Positions 22,241 through 36,120 of a stretch of 64,000 nt of DNA are shown here, one piece after another. Location of the stretch: the NCBI GenBank assembly GCA_904063045.1, contig CAJFCJ010000096.1, positions 1-64,000 of the forward strand, in the 5' to 3' direction. The position numbers were made by a program, and so were the translations under genes. How positions within the stretch are numbered: position 1 is the stretch's first letter; every line of letters starts with the position of its first letter. The notes under the pieces were generated by a model. That model ran no database searches, had not been told where the DNA came from, and worked only from the letters and a program-made list of their open reading frames with translations. This DNA comes from Dimorphilus gyrociliatus (taxonomy: Eukaryota; Animalia; Annelida).

Positions 22241-22584
22241 AATTAAGTAGTACAGCTCATAATTTTTTAAATTTCCAATTTTTTTCAAATATACACAAAA
22301 ACATTCAGAGTTCGAGGTTAAGGTAAGAGGTACATGTTTTTAAAGAAACAAATAATTAAGTAAGTATACTTTGACAACATTTTATAATTACATTAAAAGA
22401 TTATTTCACCCCTCTGCTTCCAAATATGATAATTTCACTAGATTTTTTTTGTTCTGACAAAGATATTGTACAACTTTGGTAATATTTAACATGCTTAAAC
22501 TCTATTATTTTATGCAACTCATACATGTACATCTTAAAAGATATATATCTGATTAGTCAGCTTGAAGGCTCATCCTTAATTACC

Positions 22585-22656
22585 AGTTAAGGTTTGGCCA
22601 AGTTATAGTTCAATTAACCTTCCTAAATGTTGAACCTTGTAACATCCTGTTACTGA
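22585..22656. repeat. Dispersed repeat (second copy at ~47630-47703; related to 49565-49700)
   Basis: Shared AGTTAAGGTTTGGCCAAGTTATA..AATGTTGAACCTTG.AACATCCTGTTACT.AAGATAAA. Confidence 0.7.
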
Positions 22657-23075
22657 AGATAAAAGTCCTTTCCAATCATTTTTCAACTTATCAAGGTACT
22701 CACACAAATAGAATCTTTCAATTTTATTTGGCGAAGAAAATTTTAATAAATCAAACATTTTTTTTTTCAGAGTGTAATTTTTGTTCTTTAAATGAGAATC
22801 TAGAATGATTTTTAAATATTTTTAAAACTACATTTTAAGTTTAAATTTCTAGAAAAGAACAGAAACAGGTAAAGTACAAAAGTTTTTGTTAGTTAAAAAT
22901 ATGTTGAGGATTTTCTGGAATAACTTGTTCAAAGAGTTTTGAAATTCTAACCAATCCAATGGAATATACAGTATTATAAAGTATCACGGGTAGGAGGATA
23001 AGCCTCTTCTGAATGTATTTTCCCTCTATTTAAGACTGACTTTAATAACTGAAAAATATACAAATGATGAAAAAT

Positions 23076-23781
23076 TCAAAAGAAAACAATTCTTCTAAAT
23101 ACCTTCCAAATAAAAAATTCTATAAATTCAATAAGTGTGATGACAGAAGCTCCTAAAAGTAGTCCCAAAAAACCACCAACCTCTGAGAGAAAGGATAAAA
23201 AACCAAATTTCTCCTGTTGAATAACCCTTTGATAGCTCATTTCATTGTAGAAAACATCAACTTTTGCAAAGTTCTTTCTGTTGAAAAATTCATTTAAAAA
23301 GTCAAATTAAGAAGAAAAGAGAGCGAGAGAGAAATCTTACAGGAAAAAATCTTTATCTATCTTGGATTTTTTGGAGAATTCAAACATCATAGCTTGAAGA
23401 TTATTGTAATCGTATAAAATTTCATAGAATACTTTTGGAGAAATATTAGGAGATTTAAATGCGTGCTTCAGCATATCAATAGTGAAAAAGTAAAAACAAT
23501 CACTCCATATATGTTTATAATAGATGTGAAAATTTTGAATTGAGCAGTTCTGACTAATTTTATATTCATTTTTCTTCTGATTAAATAACCAATGAAAATT
23601 TTCCATTTTTCTATAAAGAATACTTTTATTATTTTCATCTCTTTCTGNGTCCGGATTAGGCAAAATTAAAAATTTAAGTAGATAAACTGATTTGCAGTCC
23701 AAGTACTACTCCAACAATAGCGATAATAATAGTAAGAGATAAATGAGTGAATGCAATAATTACCCACTTCTTGACATTCAT
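23076..23781 (-). CDS. DEG/ENaC-family channel-like gene, short form
   Basis: Exon 23277-23076 reads KNFAKVDVFYNEMSYQRVIQQEKFGFLSFLSEVGGFLGLLLGASVITLIEFIE, the pre-TM2/TM2 signature with the GAS filter. The phase-2 intron 23278-23340 joins the upstream exon. A hydrophobic TM1-like segment follows the ATG at 23781. Confidence 0.7.
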
Positions 23782-25274
23782 ACGCTGCCTTCGGAATAAG
23801 ACTATTTGTTTTGTTTGACCAGTAGTACGGTCATTAAAACTAGAATCTAGTTGTAAAAACTAATATCCTTTAAGAAACATTATCAAAAAAATGCTCTTTT
23901 TTTATGAGATCTAGTTTTAGTAATTATACCTGGAAAAAAGGGGTTAGTTAAAAATTCTTTAGACGAAATAATGGTGTTTTGTTGATTAATTTCTACTGAA
24001 AATACATTTATTGAGACTATTTGAGGACGAACTTAGAAGGTTCTATTTGTTTGAGTACTTTGGTGAATTGGTAAATGATTGAAAGGACAATTACTGTTCT
24101 GAAGAACCAGCAATTCCTACAATTACAATACAACAAAATATAGATATCTGTTATGTTTCTTCCGTTGTATTAGATGCTATTTCTACAGACAAATTGGCAT
24201 TTTCTAGGTGTGTAGATGTATCTACTAAAGGTTCTACCTTTTAATAGATAAGTTAAAAAGAGTCATAAGTGTGGTCTAGAGGTTCTGGTCATTGTTTCAA
24301 GACAAGGTTCACTTTTTGAAAAGGCACTTGATTCCAAGACATTTTGCTCCTCTTGTGTATATGATTTTTTTGAGTTTATAGAAATTGATTAAATCTAATT
24401 ATAAATATTAAAAATGAATATTTATGATGATTATTGAGACAAATTGTTGACACTAAATGACAAAAAATTTGATGTCAATTTATACTTGATATAAACATTT
24501 TTATAATATTTTTCCAATATTTGCTTTATAGAATTGTTTTGTTTGCATAATAATTAGCCTCGACATATATTTTCAGATACAGATTAGTTTCAATCTCTCT
24601 CTTTCTTCAGAGTACTTTGTACTTTGTTGTATTGTAATTGTGGGAATTTCTGCTTCTTCAGAACAGTCTTAATAAATGTAATTTTGGTAGAAATTAATTA
24701 ACAAAATACCAATATCTCGTCCATAGAATATGTATTGAGTAAATCAGTTTCTACTTCCTAAACAACTAAGCTGATAGTTAGAGAACTGAACTGACAAGCT
24801 TGCGAAATGCATTTCCTTTTATACATTTACCAAAGCTCGGGTTCAAGTCGTCAAAAGCTTACTTAAATGAAATGTGACAGTCTCACAATTCAAATATAAC
24901 AAAAACATGAAAGACTGATATATCACATATCTAAAATATAATCTTCAGATTAGAGCAACATGGACACTACAAAACAAGCCTGCCTCTTCAGTATCTGGTA
25001 TTGAATAAGATTTGACAACTTTGACATGCATCTTTTCCATGTTCTTTGTTCCTTTGATAATTTCAATTCCAATAGTAAGTATTTAGTGTTTTAGATAATA
25101 TATAAAAAAGATTATCAGTACAACTGAAACTGGATAGATTGTAACAGCTAAGATTACGGTCATTACCCATGTTTCAAATAGGAAATACCGTTATCCTTTA
25201 GTCGTTAATTAAACATTTGATCACAATGGTATAAAAACAAGAGAAAAGAGAACAAAATATATTTTCCATTGATA

Positions 25275-26167
25275 ATGAATTATCTGGAAACATTTCATAT
25301 TCAATTAGTTCTATTCTTTATTTTATTTATTCATTATGTAACTGTAAAAGAAGAATATGCGGATGATGGATGGGATAAATTCACTGATGAATTGGAAATG
25401 CAACATTTAAAAGTGAATATAAGCCATTCAACAAATAATTACGACTATGGCAATCTATATGTCACCTATTCAAATGGTGTTGATCAAATAGATATTGCCT
25501 ATAGGCCATTAAGCATGAATATTACAAATATCATTTGTTCATCATTACAATATGACTCATTCGTATCGTTCTCAACAAGTGATTGGAAGAGGGAACCCGA
25601 CACTTGTCTAGAGATAGTCACTGATGCAAATGTATTGAAATTGTGAATATTTCCTCTTTGAAGTGAACAAAATGTTGAATAAAAACCTTACTAAGCATTT
25701 TTTTTTATTTCTTTCAAAAGCACAAACTCTACATCAAAAGGTTGCAAATCAGGATTATTTATGTTAAAATGTTTTAAATTGAATTCAAATTGTTTGTATT
25801 TTTAATAATTCAATCAACTTGAACAAAAATGTTGTTTTTGATATATTTCAGATTTTTTTACAATAAGAAATTCTTTATTAAACTACTTTTTGTATTATAA
25901 ATTAAATGGCGAAATTTATAAAATTGGAGTGTTAAAGTCGCTATTTTTGAAAAGAAAATACTGTAGACAAAGTGTATATAATTTAAAAGAAAAAAATTCT
26001 CTTCAATATTTTATTAATAAAATAAACAAAAATTTTAAATTAATACCAAAACAAATTGATAAAAATGAAATGATAAAATTGGATTCGAATTCTACATCAC
26101 ACCAAATATGTGTTTATGAAGATTTGAATGGTTTGGATAGTCTTTTTTTAATTTGAATTTTATGTTT

Positions 26168-26202
<35 letters not shown>

Positions 26203-29200
26203 CCTTTCAGATTTAAGCATCATAAACAATAGTAACAAATTTGAATATAGCAGCATGGTGTTTAAAACAAAATCATTGGAAGAATTTCCTTTATTATTCA
26301 ATTCTAATATATCTGTGAGAATAGCTTGTCAATTCCTTCGCGAGGTAATATTAAAGGGGAAACTTGTTACAGAATGTAGTAGAAGAATTTATCTAAAGGT
26401 GAAAACAGGCTATTATATATTCTCTCTCTCTTTTTCAATGATTGATCAATTGATCTATAGAAAAGTCAACAATTAATATCTGGCTGTCGTGAATGGAAAA
26501 ATGAAATTGTAGATTGTATCTATGACAATGATAAAAAGGCCTACAAATATTTTGTAGATTACAAATTGAACTCGTCGAAAAACGAAATTTTTGTTATATT
26601 CAATTCAGTTGAGTCGATTGACTGGATACCAAAAATTTTAAATTCAACTAAAACATACAATTTAATAACTGCCACGGCTAAAGATCCTATTGATTTAGAT
26701 ATATTTTATAAAATAGAATATATATACCATTACGCAATGTCAATTTATACGAATGCATTTTGCAACTATTTCGGTTATGATAATAAACATTCAATAGCAA
26801 CTTTTGGAACGAAACGTGTTCTTAGATATTTTTCAACTGTCAGAATAGAGTTTGACGATGATCAACAATTTGAAATGTATTCATTTAATTGTAAAACAAT
26901 CATTATTCATTCACATTCTATTTTTTATTCTTTTCCACTCAGAATACTCAATAAAAACAAAACATACTTTTTTCGAGAATTAATATTTAAATGTTTTAAA
27001 AAAGAAACATTATGTAACAAACAGAAACCAATAGTTTAAATACTTAATTTTTCATACTTTTTTTCTATAGACATTTACTCAGTTAAAATCAGTTTTAATA
27101 TTTATCAATTGAATTTGAGAAAGAATGGAATTTCGTACGAATTGCATAATTTACAAAATTCTAGTAAAGATTTATGTAAACTTTCTGAATTTTTTACCTT
27201 GAATAATCAGAACAAAACTGGTAGTAGGAGACGTCAATACGTACATTTTACAGATGATTTACTAATTTTATTGCCAATGAACAACAGTCTATTAAAAAGA
27301 CGTGTTAATTGTACATTTCTAGAATTTAAAGGTTAAAACTTAAACTGTTAGAAATTATCTAAACTTAAAATGATATAAATTAACAGATTTTCAATTAAAA
27401 AAATTAAAAAGAAAAATAGGATCACGTTTTCATTTGAGTTATACACAGTCCCAAAATCTGGAAAAAAATTATTTTATCGACTCGAAAACATTTGGAAAAT
27501 TTTTGTTTTCTATTGAAACTGTTTCAATTGCTTTTTTAAGATTATTATGCTCAAATTTCAATTTAAAATATACCGGATATAGTTTAATGTCGCCAAAGAA
27601 TACTAGTAATGTATAACATTTTGAAAAAATCAATGAATAGAATGCTAAAGCACTAACAAAAATCAAAAAAAAAAGGTTTATCCAGCATTTTCCTGCCAGA
27701 ACGATTTAAACTGCGAAATATCTTTGAAACGTCTAAATGAAAGCAAATTTTTAAGTTTAAAATGCGAAAAATATAGTAAGACACAAATTTTTCATTTTAC
27801 ATATAAATTATGAATTAAATTTTGGAATTTTGCCAATATTTTCTTTAAAACAAGTATTTAGAATAGCTACTAAAGAAATTGGTGTTATTTATCCATATAC
27901 AAAGCACAATTTAACAAAAATTATTGGAAATGTAACAACATTACAAAATGATAAATGGTTAATTTCAGAGTATCTTGAATATTCTGCCCAAAGAAAAATC
28001 TGTTTAGATTTTGGATTTAACACTTCAACATCTTCTATTTTCTCATATGGTAAATGGAGAAAACCTTCATCTAAAAGTGTCAAATGTGAAGAGAGTTTTG
28101 ATTCTCAATCCTGCACATTCCCATATCATTCATGGACTGATCTTAAAAGAATATTTTGGAATGATTATGAATATTTTCAAACTGATATTCAATGCTCGAA
28201 TGATTATATTGAAAAATGTCCTAATGATACTTTTATATCAATTAATGATGTTTGTTACTCAACTCGAAGTCCTGACTATACTGGTCCGCTACATCGTCAA
28301 ACTAACTTGTGCCACCATGACAATTCTATATTATCAGATTTAAATGTTTTCGATCCAACTATTGCCAGTTTTTTTCAACATGTATATAAAGAAAAAAAAA
28401 TCACGAAAGCTTTTTGTAAGTAGAATAGAAAAAGAATAAAAAAAAACACCAAAAATAAAAATTGCCTTATCATTTCTTTTCATATTTAGTTATTAAAGAA
28501 TTAAAAAACGCCAAAAATCAATCAATATTTACAAGCTCAAGTAAATTTTCATTCAACCTTCCATATAATTTCAAAAATACAAATTTTAAATTTCAAAATT
28601 TTCAAAAACGACTCCACAATAAAAAAAGACAAAATGAATATAAACTTTTATTTGTTCTCAATGTTTTTATATTTTTTTTAAATTCAAATTAAAAAAAAAA
28701 CAATTCAAATTATTTATCATTTTCAGGACGGTTATTCTTTACGTAACGAATTTATAGTACCTTTTAATTTTATTTTCATTTGCCAAACTTTTCCAAGTAA
28801 AAAAATAACTATTAACTTCTTTATTGAGTTGTGTCATATTTATTTTTGTTTGATTAAACAGAAAGACGGAACTCTTATTCGACTATACGAATTGATATCA
28901 TTAACAATGATACATGTCACAATTGTTATGTTTGTCAAGGTCATGAGTATCTGATTAATTTAGCATTCCTTTGCGATGGTAAAATTGATTGTTTGGCAGG
29001 AGACGATGAGAAGTTTTGTTTGAATTCAATTTATAAAAAATTTCAATGCCATACGGGTAATCAGCAAGTTTCTTCCATCGTTGTTTGTAATCATATCAAC
29101 GACTGTTCGGATTCATCTGACGAAGAGAATTGCAGTAGTGTCACTCAATTTGTTTTAAATTTTAAATAATCAAACAACAGACAAAACATTTACCTTCATC

Positions 29201-32134
29201 ATTTCAGAATGGAATGAATGCGGAATGAATGAAAAATTTTGTCAAGATGGCAAACAATGTTTAAAAAATGAAATGTTTTTAAATAACGAACGAAACTGCT
29301 TTGATCAAAGCGACGAATTACTTTTGTATCAAAAAATTGACAAAAGCTTTCATTTTCAAGGTAGAATTTTCAATTTTTGTACAAAAATTCAAACATCAAT
29401 CAATTTAATTCTTTTTGAAGAATGTAGAAAAAATTTTCAAATTCAATGTGATGGCACTTGTTTACCTTTGTTTTTTGCAAATGACAACAAAATTGATTGC
29501 AAAAGTAAAATTGATGAAAAAATTCAAATAAATTCTTCACAACCTGTAAGTTGTAATATCATCTTCACAAGTCTCGACGAATGTTCAGTAAAAATTTGTG
29601 GTGTTGAGGGTTCTTCTCCAATTCACACCAATGCATACTTTACTAAGGATGTGGTAGAAAACGGCCATAAATCTATGGTTTTACCCTAACCCTAACCCAG
29701 CCCTTGTTTTTGCCTAACCTTTTTGAATAGCCCTAACCCTTAGATGGGACTCTCCTAAGAACATATCAACAGTTATCTTATTCCTCCTAACCATTTCCCA
29801 GGCGGAAATCTAACTTTCAAATATTTCATTTATGGCCGTTTTCCACCGGTCCCCTTTACTAACTATGTTAACTGTTATAAAAAACAAAAAAAAATTTTTC
29901 TTTTTTCCAGAAATGCAGTTTTCAAACAAATTCAATTGGATATCCAATTACTGATCTTTTTTTAAACATGCAAGATTGTTTGAATGTCCAATGCAGTAGT
30001 GGATTTTATCAATGCCATCGTCAACAATATTGCATTTCAGTTCAGAATATTTGTGACGGTATTAACCATTGTCCCCTTGGAGACGACGAACTTGACTGTA
30101 AAGGTAAGAATTAGATACAAAAACACGAAAACAACTATAATTTTTATCTTCTTCTTCAAACTGACTGATTTTGCAGAGAATTTCTATTTGAGAGGCCAAT
30201 TCAAGTGTCGTACGGAAGGAACATTCATTTCAACATCAAAGATTTGTGACGGTATCATTGATTGCCTGGGTGGATATGATGAAATTTTGTGTGCACTACC
30301 AAGAATATCTTTTCCGAATTGTGAACAAATTCAAACATTTACATTATTGTGTAACTTCCGGTTAGGAAACAATGAAAATTCAAAGAGTAGCATTGAAAAA
30401 AACGAATTTTTAAAAACAATAATTATTGATGGAAAATCGGAAAATGAGGATATTTTGACAAGAAATTCGACGGAATTGACGAGTTTAACAATTGAAAACA
30501 ATTCAAATCATTTTCTATATTCAAGAAAATCTTTTCCAAATTTGATTTATTTATGTTTAGTGAATAATGAAATTGATGAAAAATCTCATATCTTTCATCA
30601 TAAATTCAATATTCTACAATCTTTGAATATTTCATCAAATCCTATTCGATCATTGTCTTCCCTGAAGAGATTGAATGCTACACTTCTACTTCATCTCAAC
30701 ATTTCCCTAACTAGAATTCAAGTGATAAACAATCCAGATTTTAAATTCAATTCTAAAATACAAACTCTCATTATGATTGGTTGTCATTTAATCAAAATTG
30801 AAAAGTTTGCCTTCAGTCATCTTCTTCAATTGAAATCTTTAAATTTAAAAAAAACAGTATTTTCTGAAAAATTAATTCAACAGTTGAATTTAAAAACGTT
30901 GAAAAATGTTAGAAAAGTATATTCCAATAGTTTTTCGTTATGTTGTGTTTTATGGCAAAATATTGGATTTGATATTGATTGTTTGCCATCTGTTTCAAAT
31001 TTTTTAATTTGTTCAAACATTTTGAATATAAAGGTTGAAAAATATTTATTATTTATAATTGGTGGATTTTGTTGTTTTTTAAATTTATTTTTAATAATTC
31101 ATACATTAATTGTAAGAGGGAAATCAGTACATTTTAAAAGTCTTGTATATTTCAGTAATTTTGGTGTGTCATCATATATTTTATGTACAGCAATAATAAA
31201 TTCAAGTTTTGGTAATAATTTTAAAGAAATAAGCCTAAATTGGAGATTGAGTTTTTCATGTCAAAGTCTTGGTGTTTTATTAACATTTTCATTAGTTTTA
31301 CATATGATTTCCCTGAGCCTATTGGCTTTGGAAAGACATCAGGTTGTAGTCAATCCAATGAACGAGACAATATTGGTAAAATATCGAAAGATATGGACAA
31401 TCCTCACTATAGGAATAGGATTATTCCTATCATTAGTACCGTTGCTGATAGATAAGGTGGAATGTTTGAAAATATAGGCCTAGTTGAAAAAAAAATCTTT
31501 TTTCACATTTTAATTCTCTTCTCGTTTTTTTATATTGAAATGATATAGGAATTTCATGGAAAGACGCCATTTTGTTTTAATTTCTACTTTGGAAAGTATG
31601 TTAAAAACGATTGGATATACATTTTAGTCATATTTCAAATAAGTTTTCCAATAATCAATGGATTCTGTGTTTTTCTCGACGTTCATATCATTTTTGTGAT
31701 TATCTTATCGCAAAAGTTTTTTTCTAATACAAAAGTAAAGAAAACTGGTATAAAGTTTACTAATTTTCTTGTTAGCCTGTCAAATTTTGCTATTTGGTTT
31801 TTAATTTTGATATTAGGTTTTGGTCAAGTATTGCAAAAGAAATTTTTGATATATTCTAATTCTTTTCAGGTATTACTTCATTAAGTAAAAATAACAATTT
31901 ATCATTTAAGTTGTTAAAGCGGATAGTGCTCTTTATTTTACCTTTAAATTCCATTATTCAACCAATTTGCTTTTCTATTGGTATAATTTTCGAAAAAATG
32001 AAATCAAAGAAAATAAAAGTGTTGAGAGAAAGGTAAATTGTTTTTGTCAATTTCTAATCCAATTTCGATTAAAACATTTCAGGAAGAATCTCATCGAAAG
32101 ATCATATGAAACAACTTCGATAGAATGTAAATAG
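25275..32134 (+). CDS. GRL101/LGR-C-like GPCR A: signal, SRCR-like, CTL-like, ~6 LDLa, LRR, 7TM (multi-exon)
   Basis: LDLa motifs (CDGKIDCLAGDDE, CDGIIDCLGGYDE), LRRs, hinge SFSLCC, TM3 LLALERH and TM7 LPLNS. Start and end are approximate. Confidence 0.85.
29647..29853 (-). mobile_element. Mutator-type MITE, copy 2 (207 bp), in an intron of GPCR A
   Basis: 9-bp TSD CTTTACTAA (29638-29646 and 29854-29862). Lies between the donor CCT|gtaagt (~29546) and the acceptor at ~29910. Confidence 0.9.
29999..30880 (+). repeat. 882-bp inverted repeat, arm 1 (partner 40112-40993)
   Basis: Both arms have the same length and identical ORF-track translations, and include the intron at ~30103-30176. Identity drops abruptly at both edges. 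Confidence 0.9.
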
Positions 32135-34099
32135 TTAAACAATTTTTAAACTCATTTGATATCATGAGATTTTCTTTTTCTTTTCTTTAGTTGCAAACTT
32201 TTACAACACTTATAAAGAATACGGTCTAAGATTTAAATTTTATGGCAAGAAAACTACTATTTCCGATTTAGGGGATACATTTTTTATAGTAGATTACAGA
32301 TATTATCGTTGTATAAAAAGTATATTTTTTGGATTAAAGAAACTACATGATTTGGAGATTTCAATATATTTATCAGAGGGAAATGTAATATATGATGTAA
32401 AGAAATTTTTTTCTCTTCTTTATCCTCTTCTTTTAATGTCTCCATTTTTTTAAATAGAAAATGACTGACAGATTTCTTATTTATATGAAAAATATAAAAT
32501 TTGCTAAGGAGGGCAAAATGGAAGAGAATATCTTCAAGGCTGGTATAATAGTGGGTAATATCCTTGAAAAATGCTATAAACTCTTAGAATAATAGTCTTT
32601 TTTCCTCTTGTCTCTTTTCTTTATAAATACAAAAAAGAATTTAATGGAGTTATAAAGTGTAAATGTGAAGTAAATAATTCTGACAGTAAATTAATATTAT
32701 CATTTTTAGAAGAATTGAGCAATCTTAAAAAAAAAACCCACAATAAATTGCCAAGGGATATTCTCTTAGGGTGGAGAAATTGGATAGGGGATAGGCAAAC
32801 CAAAAATATCATTAGAAACATGTATAGGCCAATATAAAACTATAATATTCATATTTCCAGCAATAACAATAGTGAGTTGTTTTATCTGAAGATAATGATT
32901 TTGATATAAGCAAGTGTCAATCGATTTTGCTTTTTCACTTAAATGAATCATCAGACATAGTTTACTATATTGATTATAGATTATGAGTACTATTCTGAGC
33001 TGTGTAGTGTTAAATTCAAAAAGGCTTATACAGTCACGATAATAAGTAATTAGTACAAGGAAAAAAGGTTTTATAATGTGATTATTTGGTGTTATATAAC
33101 TTTCATTTGCGTATCATCATATTAAATCTATACATGAAGTCTTGGTCGAAAAACTGTAAAAGTTGATTAACGTTCCATTGGTGTCTTGACCTATTTTAAA
33201 AAATAGTTTTATTTGAATGTTTAAACTATGAAAATAATCAACTTTCATTTGAACTGTTCAAGATTTCCTTTTGATGTGTCTTTGAGCAAATTTGACTTAG
33301 CCATTTCTGTGAAGACTGGGGAATTAGTAAGATTATCTCTGCCATTTAGACTTGACAGCACTCTTTGACAATCTGTAATAAAAATAACACATATGTAAGC
33401 TTTTCAGTTTATCCAACAATAAATTTCATCATTAAATGAGTTCATAAGCTCATTAAAAAAAATTGAAAATAAACAGTGGAAAAACATGAGAAATGTTCTT
33501 TATAAGCAAATTAAATGAAAACTGGTTTAAATTACTAAATACCTGAAATTTAAAAACAATTAACTTCATATACAATTATTATTTTTGTTACTGTAACCAG
33601 TCTTTTTGATGTAAAACAAGGTGATTTTTGTATGGCAATTTCATCAAAGACTTTCATATTCTCAAGGTATTTATTTAAAAAAAAGTAAGTTGTTTACTTG
33701 TGGCCATTGTGTCATATCCACTTTCTAATTTTTCATCAGGTGATGGCTCCTTACTGTTAAATATGTGAATATAGAATATTCGGAAGAAAATTCACAAGGA
33801 AATGCTTATTCTGCTCTCATCAATTTAATTTTCATAAAAAACTGCATTTCAAGTAATATTCACATTTGTTATTTTATCACTCATATTTATTTCTATATAT
33901 TTGCAGTGTCTGATGTATATTTATGTTTCACTTGCACTGATATCTCCAGAAAGAATTGCTTTGTCTCATTAACTGGAGAAAAAAATGCAAATAGATGAAA
34001 TTGTAGAGAACAAACAAGAATTATCTGATCATAGAAATAATGGAAATCATTCAACAAATGTCTCTCAAGATGATTTAATGGAAAACTCTTTTGATAACT

Positions 34100-34500
34100 C
34101 AAATATTCAAGAAAAAATGAAATTGACCCAAATTTCAATTTGGAAAGCACTTCTGTCTGTTTACCTTGATGCAAATATCAGAGGTTGTTGCTTTCATTGG
34201 ATTCAAGCAGTCTATAGGGAAATACAAGAACTATGATATAGTTTTCTTTATAAGAAGAAAGAAGAGGAGTATCTGATAATGAAGAAACTACTAGCATTAC
34301 CATCCCTAAAAACTGCTACCTTTGATATTCTCAGAAACACAGCATCTGAGAAAAAATTCCTTGGCAACCTAATTGACTATGTGGATAAGCAATGGATTTC
34401 TGGAGATTTCTTTGTTCCCAGTACGCGGTCAGACTACCTAAAAACAATTAGGATTAACAATGACTTGGAATGTTGACATAATAGGTTGAATAGAAATGTC
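34100..34500 (+). mobile_element. MULE transposase relic
   Basis: NIRGCCFHWIQAVYREIQ; MKKLLALPSL; YVDKQWI; RINNDLEC*HNRLN. Confidence 0.75.
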
Positions 34501-34700
34501 CTGGCCTGTCTTCATCAAGTATATTTATTCTTCCTCTTTTACATTCCCTAATCCACTTTCTTACTGAACCTTTGTTAAGTTTTATACAACCAAAAAAAGC
34601 TTTCAATTGCTTTTGAATACTGATTGTAATAACTTGTGATACAAGAAATTGAATAATTACTCTCTCCTTTATACTGTCATCCATACAGTGACACAATTTA
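34500..34700 (-). mobile_element. Mariner-type N-terminal HTH relic
   Basis: RVIIQFLVSQ..QKQLKAFFG..SVRKWIRECKRGRINILDEDRPG. Confidence 0.65.
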
Positions 34701-35539
34701 AGTCTCAATAACTTTTAATTAAGGGCTTGTAAGTTGAGAAGGTTTTTAGTGACAGTGCATTAGTCAATTCGCTTTCTATTAATGATAAAAATATAGGCCT
34801 ACAGTGTATCGTTTTAAAAATACTGTAATGTGGCGAGAATTTTTTGGGTGAATTTTTTTTCCTATCTTATCATTCAATCCAATGTTTTTGTAAAGTTTCC
34901 TCAACAGCTGAACAATAGGAAGAAGAACTTTCTGCAAGTGGCATATACACCCTTTCAACCAAACGTGATAGACAAGATAATTATAGTTATATTTGATGTT
35001 GAGGCCATTGATAGAAATTTCCCAAACAGAATTGACACAAAACAATTTTCAGTGGGAATATACCATAATAGCAATAGTTTTTGAATTAAAGTTTCAAATA
35101 GTAAAATCATAAATTCCCTTCTCATTTTAGCTTTAAATATCTTTCTATCCATATCATACTTCACATTTGCTGACAGGATACTTCTCAAGATTGGTATTTT
35201 ATAATTTTTTTGGTCATCAAGCTTGACTGCATGTAGGTTCAATTTTTATATTTTTCCTCTTTTCTCCTCTTCTTTCATTCTTTTTAACAGACTGTCCCTA
35301 AAAGATATCAGTTTACAAGTTATGCCTGACAATTCTAAAACAAATAGCACAATGTTTGTAATATTTGAATATCAAAAGATAGTTTAAAAAACAAAATTTT
35401 TTAAACAGATGCTAGTTATTACTTTGTTATAGCGGATGAGAATAAAAACTTAATTAGAACATTAGCATTGGATACTGAATGTTCATTAAATATTTATAAG
35501 GCAAGTTCTACACTGCAATTAATAGCAGTACCTACAAAT

Positions 35540-36120
35540 GCTTTTGGAGATCCCCATTTTTCACAGGTGATGTTTTTACAACAAAAGTTGATAAGCCTAT
35601 TTGTGATGATGTGACTGGAAAACCTGGTCAGACTATCTATATATTTTCCACTGACAATGGAGAAATCAAAATTCTTGGTAAATTGCTTGATGACTATTAC
35701 ATGCATTCCATTTGGGTAAATACTCCAAATGGAACTCTGATTAAAGATACAAGTGGTTTCTATTACAAAGATCAAGTGCTGTCAGTATGGATGGTAAAAG
35801 GAAATGAGAAGCTTCAACTGAATATTTTCAAATCCATTTAAGCAAACATTTCATGAAATTTGAATTTTTAACAAAAAATTCATTCACAGCCTAGATCCAT
35901 AAAAGTTTGAATATGTTTAATAACGAACATGTCAATATAAACATCCAGAACAATAATAGAGGTATTTCATCAGCTTTTGGTGGACTAATTGGTAATTTTG
36001 GAAATGAAAAATTTCAATTTCTATCAGCTATTCAAGACAATGAAAAGAAATTTTTATTAATCAATGGAAATTTGACAAGTGGAAGAAAACCGAAGAGACA
36101 AACTTTTAATAAATGTTTAT
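35540..36120 (+). pseudogene. ITIH C-terminal-like (GDPH) domain fragment, frameshifted
   Basis: AFGDPHF, then in another frame KPICDDVTGKPGQTIYIFSTDNGEIKILGKL. This resembles the GDPHF...CF.I.G.PG motif of the ITI heavy-chain C-terminus. Confidence 0.45.

Noticed and set aside
24097-24665. About 50-bp inverted pair (24097-24150 and 24612-24665) with broken reading frames
   Set aside because: Short, with no TSD or family motif; probably decayed gene fragments.
26168-26200. (CT)n microsatellite (also ~45775, (TA)n ~53010 and (GT)n ~56070)
   Set aside because: Ordinary simple repeats. The 26153-26476 ORF start LSLSLS is an artefact of this repeat.
29984-30176. N-terminal ~65 aa of ORFs 29984-31477 and 39509-41008 (MSNAVVDF...)
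   Set aside because: Wrong frame plus read-through of an intron; the true frame is the LDLa CSSGFYQCHRQQYC.
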